The notes below the pieces were generated by a model. That model worked only from the letters and a program-made list of their open reading frames with translations, was not told the origin of the DNA and searched no databases. A stretch of DNA of 64,000 bases, taken from positions 310,001-374,000 of the forward strand of contig BQFW01000008.1 in the NCBI GenBank assembly GCA_020891255.1. The letters are read 5' to 3'. Below are positions 1-13,861 of this stretch, piece by piece. The DNA is from Entomortierella parvispora E1425 (taxonomy: Eukaryota > Fungi > Mortierellomycota). The translations under genes were made by a program, and so were the position numbers. The stretch's first letter is position 1; every line of letters begins with the position of its first letter.

Positions 1-146
1 TATTCCTCTCTGACCTGAGCCTTACTGCCCGAGCTAACCTCTGCTTTTCGTCCTCTCTTTCTATCCCTCTCTCTCTCCCTCCCTCGCTCTCTCTCCCCCT
101 GACGGGCGGACGGATCAACCCACACCATCCCGATGCACCCAAACAG

Positions 147-878
147 GCCACAAATGACTCGTATGTCGACAGAACCGCAGCCTTTGGCCCACGGATCCCA
201 GAAGAGGGCATCATTCTCAACCTGATAGCAGTCGAGACGTTGGAAGGATCCGACCAATCCGCCTGTCAAAGAGTTTATGGCGCACCCGTAGACTTGGACT
301 GGGTTGCGTTGGTGGAACGCGGTGGTGATTGCAGCTTTGTGGACAAGGTTCGCAACATGCAAGCCAGTGGTGCAAAGGCCGTTATCGTCGGTGATAATCA
401 ACGAAGTGGACTCATCACCATGTATGCTGGCGGTAAGTCGTTTTTTTTTTGTGTCCTTTCGATCTGATTTCTTTTTTTTTTTTTTTTTTTTTGTTCTTTG
501 TTCTTGTCATTCTTTGACTTTCATGCGCTTCTGCTGCGGGAAAAAGAGGAAGAAGTGAGGAGGATGTTGAGCCAATTACTTCATAAGGGGATCACGCTCC
601 ACCTCCTCACTTTGACTTTTTGTTTGTTTGTGTTTTTTTGGATACCCTTTTGTTTTTTTTTTGTTTGATAAATTGTCTGTGCATCCAAGACCTCTTTATA
701 TTTTTTCCAGGCGAAATGGAAACCCTGGACTTGGACACAGCAGGGGGAGAAGGGGGAGGAGGACAAGCCCTTTTGTTTTCTGTGTATGCATGCATGCATG
801 CCGACGGGCAAAAAAAAAAAAACATTCTAACGAAAAGAGATCGGGAGTGCTTTTTCTGGCCCTAACCCTCTTTCTCAT

Positions 879-909
<31 letters not shown>

Positions 910-2172
910 CATAGAGGATACCTCGGATGTCTTGATCCCTTCAGTTTTTATCGCTCAGCATCATTATCGGGAATTGCGCTATTTCGGAATGGAACTTGGT
1001 CAAAAACTACTCGTCAAGCTGACCCCGGATGACCTGAACTGGTGAGTCAATTGTGATCCATGAAGGAAAGAAAAGAAATGCTTGGACCTCTCAATTTTTT
1101 TTTTTTTTTTTTTTTTTTCGCTCCACTGACGCGTTCAATTCTTGTGACGATTTGGGGTCCACTTTTTTTTTTTTCCAGGCCAGTGTTGGACGTGATCATT
1201 TTCATCATTCTTTCGCCCGCGTTCGTGATCCTGTTCCTGTTCTTGCTCTGGAGGATCCGGATGCGACAACAACTCATTGCAGATCTGGCACCCAAGGAGG
1301 TCGTGAGCAGCTTGCCCATCAAAGTGTTTTTTGTCTCCAAAGTCAAAGAGAACGATCCATTGGAATGTGTCATCTGCCTGGAAGAATACGAGGACGATGA
1401 TGAACTCCGTGTCCTGCCTTGTAGGCATGAATACCATATTGCCTGCATCGACAACTGGCTGACGACCCGAAAAAAGTTTGTAAGTTTCTCCGCATCTGGA
1501 AACGATCTATATACCTGGGGTTCCTTTTTTTTATTTCTTCAATGGGTCTAATACCATCCTCTCTTCCATGAATCGCTTCTTTGATGACTGTAGTGCCCCA
1601 TTTGCAAGCGGGACATTAGCATGCCCACAGAGACAACACGACTGCTGAACCGTCCCAGCCGTCCGATCCGCTCTGGAGGAAGCTATGTTAGACCATCCCC
1701 TGTCAACTCTTCGTCATCCTTGGCGGCGACCGCACCCAGTTCTTCAAGGCACCCCATGCGGTCAGTTTCGGGATCAGGATCACGATCAAGGACTGGAGCA
1801 GGAACTGGAGCAGGAGCAGGGCCCTCCAATTCGGCAGGCTCAAGTTCTGGATCTAGGTCTGGATCAAGCTACAATCCCACACCAGAGTCAGTGCTAACTC
1901 TGTCCTCCTCCCCCACTCCTGAAGAGACGGCTACGGTGACTTCATCTTCTCCTGTCTCCTCAACCAAGCCAGCATCAGATTGCCTTCATCGTCCTCCACT
2001 AGCTGGGCCTTCTTCCAGGTCTGCACAAAAGCGAGATACGGAAGAGACAGTTGTAGAGAATGGAAACTCGCCATTGGATAGCGTTGTGATCTCCATGGAG
2101 GATGAAGATGCCTTGCCCTCATGGCCTACTTCTACGCGACCAAAAGAAGAAGACTCTCTGGATCAAGTCTAA
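147..2172 (+). CDS. PA-domain, transmembrane, RING-H2 E3 ubiquitin ligase (RNF13/RNF167/RMR-like); 5' end outside window
   Basis: Approximate exons 147-432, 915-1042, 1179-1479, 1593-2172 with GT-AG boundaries. PA domain ([32 protein letters not shown]), TM helix ([20 protein letters not shown]), RING-H2 CVICLEEY...[16 protein letters not shown]..[intron]..CPICK, Ser-rich tail. Confidence 0.9.
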
Positions 2173-2472
2173 AACAAACTTGCCGACTTGAATGGCCTGT
2201 CAGCACCCCGAATCCAATTCACTCGCAGAGCACCCTTCTATCAGTTACCCAGCTCCTCGCCAACATTTGTATCATTCCCTTCCCCAGGGCCTTGTAATAT
2301 CACCTTGCGCATAGACAACCTACCCAACCTTACCCCCATCTCGTTCATAGGTAACTGCATGCATGCAAACCTCCAATAAATGCCCATTTTTTAGGTCCAA
2401 GTCAGCCTCTGGATATTATTAAAAAGTTTGGTTCAATACAAGTACACGGTGTGGCTGCTCCCTGGAGCTAGT

Positions 2473-5400
2473 CTAGTTCTTTGAAGAGGGCGCGAGTTCA
2501 GGAACCAAACGAAGAGTCGACAGATCCACAGCAGAGTCGTTGTCGCCAACCGTAGCCTTTTCAAAGTTCAGTGTTGTTTGTTTGACGGCTATAAAAAAAC
2601 AGCACATTAGTTGAAATCCTAGGATCAAAAAAGAGGTTCATTCTTGCTGCTTACTTTGTCGATGAATGCCTGCATAGTAAAGCCGCATGTAAAGTCTCTG
2701 GATCAAGTCTTTGGTCTAAGAAACAAAGCAGAAAACATTGGCTGATCAGTTCACATGAAAAACGCACGATTTCAGTCATCTCGTTTACAAAGCGGAAGGT
2801 CAGCGATAAACAATACCACTGTGCGCTCCATGAAGGCGGCTCGAACATCCACAATCTTGCCATGCATCAATCGCAATTTCCTCAAGACCGCCTCCAAGGC
2901 ATGGCGGCCATAACTGGCAATCATGTGCTCCTCATCCAGACAGTAGCTAAACACCTGGATCCTCTGTCCAAGACTCCTGTAGTTCGTCTCACTGTTGATC
3001 ATGAATTCCTTGTCAACAAAGAGCGCTCGGTGGAGCTCTTCTAGATCGGGGGCGTTTTGACCAGCTGGAATCGGTGACAGCTTCAAATAGGCAAGTGCGA
3101 TTCCTCTGCGTAGGAGAGTGACTCGTGTTGAAAGTGAGGGTAGTTGATGTAACGCCAGGAGGACAAATGGAAGGGATGTACCAAACACTTGCAAGATATC
3201 GTCGCAAATTCTTGAACGCTGCAGATAGTTGATGCAAATTTTGTCAGCCAACTTGAAAACTTCTCATTCACAACAAGCCTCCCAGGAGAGTGTATGGTTC
3301 CCTTTACCTCTGATTCCCACGATGCCTCTGGGATGGCATTGAGTAGCGCCACGATAGCAGATCCCAGGGCTGACTTTACATCTCCAATGATTGGATCGGT
3401 TGTCATCCTCAGGAGCAAACTGATAATTGCCCTGATCTCTTCCTCGTCATAAAACAGGGGGCTAAGAAAAAAAATACGGGTCAGTACCAGTTTGCAAACG
3501 ATACCACCAAGACTGTCCCGCAGGATTTATAACTTACTCCAGGGTTGCCGTCATGTTGATCAACTTGATAAGCGCTTTCAGGTTTTGCCTTGGAAATTTG
3601 GGGGTATCCGAGTCTGTAAATAGATAGTGGAATGGGCAATGTCAGAAGGAGCCAGTACCTTACACATGTATCGAGAAAGTCAGACTTACCGATTGTACGT
3701 TCACGTTTTGACTCTGGAGTAACAGGAGCCACGCTCCATTCAATCTCCAGATATTCTTCTCTGGCACCATACATCCGAAAAGCAGTGATCAAGTCTTCCT
3801 GATCCACTCCGAGCAGTGAGGTTCTCTGAGAGATCGTCAAAAAAAAAAAAAAAAAAAAGCGTCGTTAATACGATAGAAATGAAAGAGTACTTGGCCAATA
3901 GCTTTGTGTTCCTACCTGAGCAAGAGCTCTCTGAAGAACTGAAAAGATGGATGTAGTCACTGCTGTATTTTGCTCCGCCGCCATGACCAACACCAACCAG
4001 TGGAACAATGATGGAGGCATTCTCCAGGCAGAGTTGCTCATGATGGCAAGGAATGGGGACGTCAAAAACTGGCTTCTCGCTTTGCCGGTCCGCGTGCATC
4101 TTTGTAATTTTTGGATGACTGGATCCACTGCGTCAATGTGTTCGGGCTCGTAGGGTGGTACGCTCAGGGTCTAGATCATTAAACCAGTTAGCTTTTGGCA
4201 TCAGGTACAGCCAATATTATAAAAGGTAAGACGTGTCATTCTGGGTACCTGAGGCCAGTGGACAAAGAATTCTGCAAAGTCGTCCACTATAGTATCTTGG
4301 CCATCCTGAATAATCTCTGAAAGTACGCCTTCCTGCTCATCAGATAAAATTCCTTTAGGGATGACGGTCGGGGAGAAGAGGATGTCCTCTTCGTCGTCTT
4401 CATTGTATTCCTGTAGTAACTATTCATCAAAAGATCAATTATATTGTGTTTTAGAAACTAAGAGTGTTTTCTCGATGGAGACTTCATCATCCATGCTCGC
4501 ACTTACGTTGTCATCCAAAGCCATATGTGCTTTTGCGGTTTCGATATCATATCCTGCTTTCTCTCTCCGCGTCTTTTCTTTCAGCAGCGAATCTAACGAG
4601 AACAAGGGCTTCCTCGCTTTGGAAATCGGTGTCCGTTTGACTGGCGTTTCGTTTACCACGACTGGTTTGGCTTTGACAGTTGAACTCCTCAGACTACGCG
4701 TAGTCACACGCGAGGGCTTTTGAGTGGATTTCGTTGGGCTTTTTTTCGCCAGTGGTCCGCCTCCAAATGGATCTTCTTCGTCCGAAAAGCTAACCGAACT
4801 AGCATCCGAGAGGGAAGATCCATCATCACCAGCTGCTTTAGTCGACTGCAAAGGTGTAGGCGCTTTTGGTGAAGAAGTTGCCGTTGTCGCAGCAGGTGTT
4901 GTATCTGCAGAGAAAGGGTCATCATCCAAATCGGATTCAGATTCCTCCAGCATCTAAAGTGGCAAAGGTCAAATCGTCAGTCATGAGAATGCACAACATA
5001 CGCATCTAAAAACTGCGCCATGGTTTACCTCCGGGATCTTCCTGCTACTAAATCTTCTAAGATCAGGGATATCATCGTCTGATGAGATATCACCGACGAT
5101 GGCGGCTGGCTTCGTCTCTGGAAAGGCCTCTTCGACTATAGTATGGAAGGCGATCCAACAGGAGGTTTGTGAGAAAGCTATCCAACGGATGTCCTAGGTC
5201 TGCTCTGGATGGCAGCAACTGTACCTGTTTCCTTTGGCGATACAAACACGTCTCCATCGTTCCACTCTGCATCTGATCCGGGATCTGAGCCCTCCACTAT
5301 ATCCTCGACAGCATCCATGAAAACATCAGAGGATTCTCTCCTGGGTGAACTGCGCTCTGACGGGGATGCGTCTCTTTCCAGTTCGGCCTCAAGTCTGGCC

Positions 5401-6132
5401 GAGAATGAGAGGGTGGGTATGGGAGCCGTGTTGAACAGCTCTTTCTTCTGTTTCGGTTTCCGCGGTGAAAGAGCTTGTCTCCGGATTGATTCACTGGACA
5501 GCTGAGAGCTGAATCGCAAATGATCCATAGAGTCCAAGGGGTCAAACTCTGATGCCCGAGGACTCTCTGCCTGCCAGGGCTCTACTTTGGCTGTCTCGCT
5601 ATCCTGCATATGGGTGCTGCCTTTGCTGACATCACTGGAATCCAATGACTTGGATGTTGGTGGGTTGAAAGGGTCTTCCAAGCCATGGTCGTCCATTGTG
5701 TTGGTATTTTCGACAGGGGTAAAATTGGTGGCGTCAGCTGGAGGTTCTTGCGACGGCGTGGGTCCCAAGGTGCTTGGCGGCGAAGGCTCCCGTGGCGCAG
5801 GTGCTCTAAGAATCACATATAGTAACAGTTTCCCGTGGTGTTAGCAGCAAGCTGATTCCTTCTGGTGGTTGGTGTTTGGCTGCGTGCATCTATGTACCTG
5901 GTGGAGAAAAAGTAGGAGCTGATGGGCCGTGTCCTGGATTTCAAAAAAAAAAAAAAAAAAAGGGCAAAAAGTGGTCAGTGCTCTGATGCCATGACAAGGT
6001 GTCCACTCTACTTTCGAACGAGTTAAAGGAGGGCTACAAATGAGCCGTGCCGTACGTTAAAGGCGAGGATTCTGTCTTTGGATGCCTGCCCATGGTGGTT
6101 TCGAACAAAGGTGAGTTTTGTCTGCCATTCAT
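2473..6132 (-). CDS. Multi-exon protein with disordered N-half and a C-terminal helical domain resembling SLF2/Nse6 (CANIN domain, Smc5/6 loader)
   Basis: An in-frame spliced model can be built from ATG 6132 (exons 6132-6056, 5933-5898, then about nine more) to TAG 2473. Motifs FSLDSLLKEK, PPSLFHWLVLVM...DLITAFRMYGA and KLRLMHGKIVDVRAAFMERTVTKDLIQRLY resemble the SLF2/Nse6 pattern as I recall it. Start codon and family call are uncertain. Confidence 0.5.
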
Positions 6133-6341
6133 CCATGGCAAAGATCTCGTGAAAGGTGGCAAAAAAAGAGGTCACATGACCTACGATCACATGACTCGGC
6201 GAAATGGCCCCAATGGCCATTTTATCCGCCCTTTGCTCCCTCTTGTCGCCCTTCACTCCTCACGACTTCCCCTCGTCCCATTGCCCTTTCCTCTTTTTCG
6301 TCCCGGTCTGCTTTCCAAACACACAAACAACCCCTTTCACA

Positions 6342-8991
6342 ATGAGCAACAGCAATGACCAAGCCGAGGACCTCATGGAGAACGTGGAGCAGTCCCAGAC
6401 GGGAGAGGGCTCTAGTGGCGACGAAGGCGTGACCTATATCTACGAAGAGGCCGCTGAAGATGACGATGACGAGGAGGAAGAAGAAGATCACGTCATGGGG
6501 GAAGACGAGGAAGACGAGGAGGAGGATGAGGACTATGTAGACGATGGCGACGACGACGACGAAGAAGAAGAAGAAGAAGAAGACGCCTTCTTTGAAATTT
6601 TTCAGACGGCGGAGAGCGACGACGACGACGATGACGATGAAGCGACCCATACAATCACCCTCGCCGATCTTGTCGCTGATGCGCGTAAGGCTCTCTCCAA
6701 ACATGAGGCACTGCTCCTTGACTTCCTGCATGTCATCTAACACGGTCTCTTTCTTGATTCTCTAGAGGACCAGCCGGACAGACTCCGACGTCGTAAGTAG
6801 CACAATTTCTGTCGCGAGGATTCGCCCTGCTACCCGTCTCACCCATGCTAACATAGCAGGCATCGAAACTTGTTCATCTAGTCATGGCGATTATAAATGC
6901 CATTAATGGTGGTGGGGGTGTGGGCATGGGAAGTATCCGAGGTCGCCGTCAACGTACACCTTCACCCATGCCTGAGCCAGATCTGGAAACAGGGAAGGCG
7001 CTCCTCAACTCGGGCGAGTTTGGTCGTGTCGAATCCGCTTACGCACCCGCAAACATGCGGAAACGAAAGAGTGTCCAAAAGAAACTCTGGATGCGGGAGC
7101 TCAAACCAAAGTCTGTGAACTCGTTGTCGCTGGGAGAGGTAAACATCAGACGATGCTCTTTTTTTTAAAAATTCGTTCGATACGTGTGACTTTAACAAAC
7201 ATCTTGCTCCCTTGCAGTCAATCTTGCCGAATAATCCAGGAAAGGTTGTTGCGGTCTACAATGCGTCGGCGTACTCGGGGCAATATTCGGCAGATGGGTG
7301 AGTTGGAGATAAGACAAAAAAAAATGCCATTCTGGATTATTATTATTTGCGCAGCCAGCCGAAACCCCTTTTCTCATGCCACACAAGAACACGAACGAAG
7401 ACTGATTCTCCACAACAGCTCGAATTTTGGGGCCCCATTGGCTAACGTCCTTTTTTTTGCGTTCACGTCTCCTTCTTAGATCCATATTTGCGTCTTGCGA
7501 CAAGGATTGGCAACTGCGCATCTACAAGACTGCGGGCAACAGGCTGATTCGTCAAAAGGTGATCCAGGGCATGCCAGGACAATGGACCATTACCGACCAC
7601 AACCTCTCATTAGACAATGATTGGCTTATCTATTCGAGTATTACACCGTACGTGTACCTTACCCGCACCAGCGCAGACGCATCCGATGAGCATCATCAGC
7701 TGGATTTCTCAGACGACCGATTTCAAGGAGGGGTAGGAATCCACAAAGGAGAGGAGTGAGAAGAAGGGCCTGGTCTGTGTCTGTGAACTGATAGCTCTCA
7801 TCGCTTTCACTGGAAAAATAGATTTGGTCTGTGCGATTCTCAGGAGATGGAAGAGAAATTGTTGCTGGAGGTCACGAAAGGATTTATGGTACCATATGAG
7901 GGCACATCGTAGCTTTGAGCATATGCTTGTGCGCAGCTTCTCACCGGTTTTGTTGTTGTCTCTAACACTTAGTGTACGATATCGAATCGAGGACTGTTCT
8001 CCATTCAGTGAAGGCACACACGGACGACGTCAACTCTGTGTGCTTTGCAGAGCCCAGTTCATCCCATGTCATCTTCAGTGGAAGTGATGATGGCCTAGTT
8101 AAAGTCTGGTAAAGGATTGTGAATAAGCGAGACTGGCTATCCAGTCGGATACGAAAGGCAAATGAGGACGAGACTCATGTTTTGTATTTTTTTTTCTCGT
8201 AATAGGGATCGTCGGTCTATGAAAAGTGGACGAGGCAGCAGACCATCTGGAATTCTTGTGGGACATGCTGAAGGAATCACATACGTGACATCCAAAGGAG
8301 ACAACCGGTACTTGGCCAGTAACGGAAAGGACCAAAAGATGCTTCTCTGGGACCTCCGAAAGATGCATTCGACCCAGGATTACATGAATCTACCACGCCG
8401 AAGAGACTCTGGTTTTGACTACAGAGGAGACCAGTATACCGGCAGCAAATCTGCTACGATCCCTGTAAACAAAACAGCCGTGCAGCAGGAAGTTCATTGG
8501 GGAATATACCAAGATTCAAATGTTCACTAACGACATTCTTTTCGAATTCATTATTCCTATTTTTTTAGGGCGATTGTTCTGTAATGACTTTCCAGGGACA
8601 CAAAGTACTGAGGACATTGATCCGCTGTCATTTCTCACCCGCGCACTCGACCGGTCAACGCTATCTCTACACTGGAAGTGCCGATGGAAAGGTGGCCATC
8701 TATCGATTGGATGGTACACGCGTTCGGACATTGGATGTTAGCGCTGCTTTCCAGCGCTACAAGAATACAAACCGCACTCAAAACTTTTTGGCCCGTGATG
8801 TGAGTTGGCACCCTTACTACCCAACCATCATCAGTTCTTGCATGGAGGCCAGTCGCACCTATTATCAGGATTTTGAGGCCGGTCTTGTAAGGCATTCCTT
8901 TGGACGCGTGGATGATCTTGAGTCAGAGCTTTCCGATGACTCGTCTGAAACGGACATTGCTGGTCCTCGACCCCGGCGACGCCGGTTCTAG
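6342..8991 (+). CDS. DCAF11: WD40 DDB1-CUL4-associated factor, DCAF11/WDR23 (LEC14B) homolog
   Basis: Acidic N-terminus; WD exons GQWTITDHNLSLDNDWLIYSSI, IWSVRFSGDGREIVAG, AHTDDVNSVCF...SGSDDGLVKVW, GHAEGITYVTSKGDNRYLASNGKDQKMLLWDLRKM, TFQGHKVLRTLIRCHFSP..STGQRYLYTGSADG; GT-AG introns. Confidence 0.9.
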
Positions 8992-9189
8992 CCTTTTTGA
9001 TCCCTAAAAAAAAAAAAAAAAAAAAATGTGCCCAAATAAAAGCAGTCGGCGGGAGGGAAGGGACCATTTGTTTTGCAATGCTGTCCTTTTGATACCAAAA
9101 AAATAAACATCCTCTCCCTGTCAAATGTAATTCATTTAGACGGTTTTTAATCTGGTAGAGGACTGTAGCTCTAGACAACTATCTTCAGT

Positions 9190-11519
9190 CTAATGGCTCA
9201 TGGGGAGGAAGAGAGGGCTCAGTCGAGGCTGTCCCTGTTGCCGCAGCAGCAGCATTGGTTCTAGGAGCTGTTGTGGGAGACGATCCAGGTAGTCGGGATG
9301 TTGCCCTTGCTGCCCCTGTTGCTCCAGCTGTCGCGTTTGCATTCGCTGGAGGATGTGTATTTGTGTTGGTGCTGCCAGTGGTCTCTGTAGTCGCAGGGTG
9401 GCCCTCAATAAGAGAGTATCGACTGGGATGAAATTACAAAGCCAAGGGAGAATGAGTTAGTTTCATGTGTGCTGAAAAAAAATAGAAACAGTTGTGGGCC
9501 ATTTGACTGCTGTCTTTACCAAGTAGGACAGGTGCCGCTCACTTTGAGCCATGGCTTGATACACGCGTCGTGAAATATGTGCTTGCATGGGAGCTGCAGC
9601 AACGTATCCTCCTTTGTGAACTCATCCTTGCAAACACTACACTCTGTCTTGTCCGCTGTAATAGAAACAAATAAAGATCATTATTGTTAGGTCATTCACC
9701 AGTCAGACTCTTACAGTCAACACAAAGATCGGATGGAGGGCAGTCTTACCGAGCTCTTCGTCGGACAGGGTGTGGTGCGGTATATTGTTGATGAGTTCTT
9801 CCGTAGCACCGACAGGACCATGCTGGCGGCTAAAAAGAGTCATGGTCAGAATTGATTAGTAGAGTTGTTCTTCAAGATCGAGTTCCTTTTCCAAAAAGAG
9901 TGAATGCTTACTTTTGCAACTCCATCATCTGGGAAATAATATCATCTAGTCCACCTTGACCCCAGGCATAGTCACCTGGGTTGCTGACCATGGGGAAGAG
10001 TCCGCCACCGCCTCCCATTGGAACTCCAAAGCTGTGAAGAGCTCTTGGGTCAGTTGTATAACTAAGCTGGATACCGAGTCGGTTCAACAGTCTATCCAAG
10101 ATGAAAAAGAGAAATGGTTAGTGATCCATTTTACCGCTTCGGTCCTCGATCCCAGTAGGTCTGCTGTTCTTACCCAGAGATAAACGCAGGAGGTTCATGC
10201 CAGCCCTCGCCTCCGGCAGCATGAGTAGCATCAGATCCGGCGCCAGATCCATTTGTATTTGTTTGAACTCTTCCATCCGGTCCAACGGTGGTTACAGTGC
10301 GTGTAAATCCAGAAGGTCCGGCGCTAAACACGAACGCATGTGAACTTCCACTTCTCTGTCCACCAAACGGAGTCGATTGTTGCTGTCTTTGCTGCTGCTG
10401 TGCCAATCTTTGCGGATTGGACACGACCTGAAATAGTCGAAACAAATCCTCCAAGTTCACAGGCTCGTGTGAGGTTGGGGCTCCCGGAATACGACCATCG
10501 ACACTAGAGAGGGTTCCAGGATACTGACTGCCGGTGGATCGGAGAGGTTCCGCAGGCTGCACAAACGCTCGCGGGTCGTTGCTGGCTTCAATCTGCGGAG
10601 TGGAAAAAAAAATATGCACGGACGTGTTAAAACTGAGCCCAGACTCTTGTGTGCACCCTCGTTTTAGGGTGTCACGGCACAAAGGGTCGACTATCAAAAG
10701 GTCTTGCAACAAAGAAACCAGCCATCTCAAAACGAACCTCTTCCACGAAATCGTTGTGGCAATGCGGACAGATAGGATCGGGAACCATAATCGGCGTGAT
10801 TTCTCTTTGGCACTGTCCACGACACATGATCCCAGAAATATAAAAAAAACGTTAGATTGGCTGTGGTCCACAACAAGAATCGAGACAAAAGCTTTGCCTG
10901 CTTTGCTCTTGAGTCAGCAAAAGTCAGAAACAAAAGGATGTCATACCTTATGACACCAATATTCTTTTTGCTCTGTTGTGGTGGATGGATCGGCTGTTGG
11001 GGGTCCAGTAGATGAAGGCGCCTGGGAAGATAATGGTGCTGCTCCTGCAGGAGGATTCGTCACAGGGGCGGCAGCAGGTGCAACCGCTGGTGAAACTGCA
11101 TGTGGAGGAGGCGGACCTTGGGGTGGCGGGTAGTTTACTGGTACAGCAATCAAGTTAGTTGCTGGTGGGGGTCCATCGGGTGGAGGGTTATTTCCTGTCA
11201 TTGGAGCTGAAGTGGCTCCTGGCGATGGTATGCGTAAAGGGACAGGGGCAGTAGCTGTCAAATTAGCGGATATCGTAGCAGGAGCTACTGAAGGGACGGG
11301 CTGAGATACTGTTTGGGGGGCAGGTGGAGGAGTAGAGGCATTGGCAAAAGTTGTTGTAGTGGTTGTTGATGAGGTCAAAGTGGCCCCCTCTGGTGGAGTT
11401 CCGGTCCAGCTCGTGGAAGACTGTTCTGGCTGTTGCTGATGGTCCGGTTGCTGGGTTCCAGGTGGCTGGTCCTGTTGGCTAGGCTGCCGACTCGGGTCCT
11501 GGTTCTTCTGTAGGTCCAT
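9190..11519 (-). CDS. RING-H2 E3 ligase of the RNF115/RNF126 type with N-terminal zinc ribbon
   Basis: Spliced zinc ribbon YWCHK|CQREITPIMVPDPICPHCHNDFVEE|IE; PGDYAWGQGGLDDIISQMME motif; RING-H2 CSVCKDEF...[25 protein letters not shown]|RYSL; Pro/Gln-rich N-terminus from ATG 11519. Confidence 0.9.
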
Positions 11520-12291
11520 ATGTGAATGAGAAGTGATGAAGCGGAATGACGAAATAGTAAAAAGAGCAATGGAGGGAATGACCCATGGTTTTCTCACATG
11601 AGACAACAGCGGAAGAAAAAAAAAAAAAAAAAAAAAAAAATGACGCGCTGCGCGCACAGCGTCCGGGTAATTTTGACCTGAGTTCAAATTCCGGTTTACT
11701 TGGCACGAAATTCGTTGCATGGTTGCTTTCCCATACCAAGAATCCTTCTTGTTCTGCTCACTGGAAGCATCGCACATGCACCTGGGGACTGGAAATGAGC
11801 TGGATAAGCACCTTGGTAGGCAGAAAAGAGACACAATCTTTGGTCTCTCAATGGGTGCGGCAGGTGTCGGTCTTACTGGCTGAAGAAGAACTCGCTGGCA
11901 CCTACCAAAAACCAAACCGGAGAGATCACACCTCTCCTGTCGTAAGCAACATGAACAGCCATGGCTTTCAAACAAATGAGTACTGTAGTGTTGGCTCTTT
12001 TCTGCTTGTGTCCTTTGGGTTGTAAGAACTACATCACGAACAAATGCTTGCTTTCTGGCGAAGTGATCATGTCAATTGAAAGTTCTCTCCTAATTCTTAG
12101 TCTGTGCCAACTCCCTTGATGGAAAGATATTCATAGTCTCCTTGTCATCTGGTGCGCGTGCCTATGCAGGCGTCCTCGGGGTTCAACAGTTCAAAAGTAC
12201 CAAGGATGGCATTGTATTTAAACAGGGAGTTTCATTAGGGGATGAGGTATAAGATAGGACTATTGCATTACATCTAGCAGGGTAACATGGG

Positions 12292-13696
12292 TTACAAAAT
12301 TTGCTCGACTCGCTTCCTGCACTCCTCCTGTACTCTAGCGCGGATTTTATCAATAATGGAGCTCTCCTTGAAATGAACTTCTGAACCGTCGGGCATGATC
12401 ATGGTTTCAATTGGAAGAACCAATCTCGAGGTACCTTCGTCAAAAAAAAAAAAAAAAAAAAAAAAAAAGCACAAGCACACAGGGGTCAGATCAGCAATCA
12501 ACACTGCAGCACATTTTTGAAAAAGCTCAATGCAGGCCACCTACTGGATATGAAAGCGCCTTCCCAATCCTGGATGTTTTTCAAGTTGGGAAACTTGTAT
12601 AAGATAGGTATCTTTTCTTGTTCACAGACGGCTATAACCATCTTGAGGATCGTTCCTAGCAAAACACTGTAGAGAGGTGCCGTGACCAACGACTGAAGCT
12701 TCCTGTCGTAGATGCAAAAGTTGGATGAGAGCCCTTCATACAAATCTTGACTCTCCTCATCCAAAAGCAGAGCCTCGTTCGTATCCTTTGAGAGGTCAGC
12801 CTCGAGTTTGCTCCGATCACTACATTCCAAAAGAGCAAGAATAAATCAGCTCCTCCGTTTTTCCGCATTAACGCCCAATCGCAAATACTCCTGGTGGCCA
12901 TATCAAAAGTCGCTTACCGAACCCACTTTGAATCCTTTGCTGTTGCGTGGTGTCTTGGTGATCCATGAACCATGACTTTACAGCGGCGCTCTTTAGGTGC
13001 TTTGAGTGGCTCGACATGGGCAATGAAAATCGGTGATCGGTTCTATTGTGATTTGCGACTTGTTTAGTACCATTGAGAGATACGAGTACCATTTTGAGCC
13101 AGCTATGTTCGACGCATTCTTACATTGCTATCCCATGAACAAAGGACCGTAACCTTGGCCTCCCCCAGAGTTGACTCTTCTGGGACCTGACCATAGTAGT
13201 CCCTCAGGCCCTCTCGAACCAGATCAGTCATCAATGGCTTTAGGGTCTTTGCATCTCTAAATTGCGCCAAAGCTTCAGCTACTTCCTGCTGCTCATTGCC
13301 TTGTTCTTCCAGTTCCCCTTCCTCCTCTTTGTCTTGCTCTACTTTCTCCGTGTCCATGGCTGCGACAGAGAACTGAATCTGGGATAACGAGTTGGCAAGA
13401 CGGTTGACATGGCAAGAGAAATCCATGATGCCACGGTGTTCAGAAGTGCGCATGGCTGTATAGGCACCTGTGGGGTATTCTATCAGGGTATCATTGGCGC
13501 TCTTGGTGGTCAAGGAGACGCTCAAGTTCTTGAGGGTCGTCTTTGTAGTTTCGTTGGCTGATGCACTGGCTGCGACTGCTGAGACAGCGGCTGTCGTGGG
13601 AGAGGAAGAGAGAATTGCAGGGCCGAGATTGTACCTGACTAGAACAAATGCCGGTCTTAATCTCGACAGAGGAGAGCTAACCAATGGAGGCGTCAT
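12292..13696 (-). CDS. Fold-type IV PLP-dependent enzyme (aminotransferase class IV / D-amino-acid transaminase / ADC-lyase-like)
   Basis: Motifs GAYTAMRT, HVNRLANS, HATAKDSKWV (candidate Schiff-base Lys), YEGLSSNF, VLLGTILKMV; four exons with GT-AG boundaries. Confidence 0.85.
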
Positions 13697-13805
13697 GGGA
13701 GATGAAGGAGAAAAGACATGCAACAAAACGGAGGAAGGGCGCATGCACACATGACAACCGAATGACCCCGACATGGGAGAATGGTGGCGTGTAGGAACAG
13801 CGGTC

Positions 13806-13843
<38 letters not shown>

Positions 13844-13861
13844 GATCTAGGGGAGAGCAGA

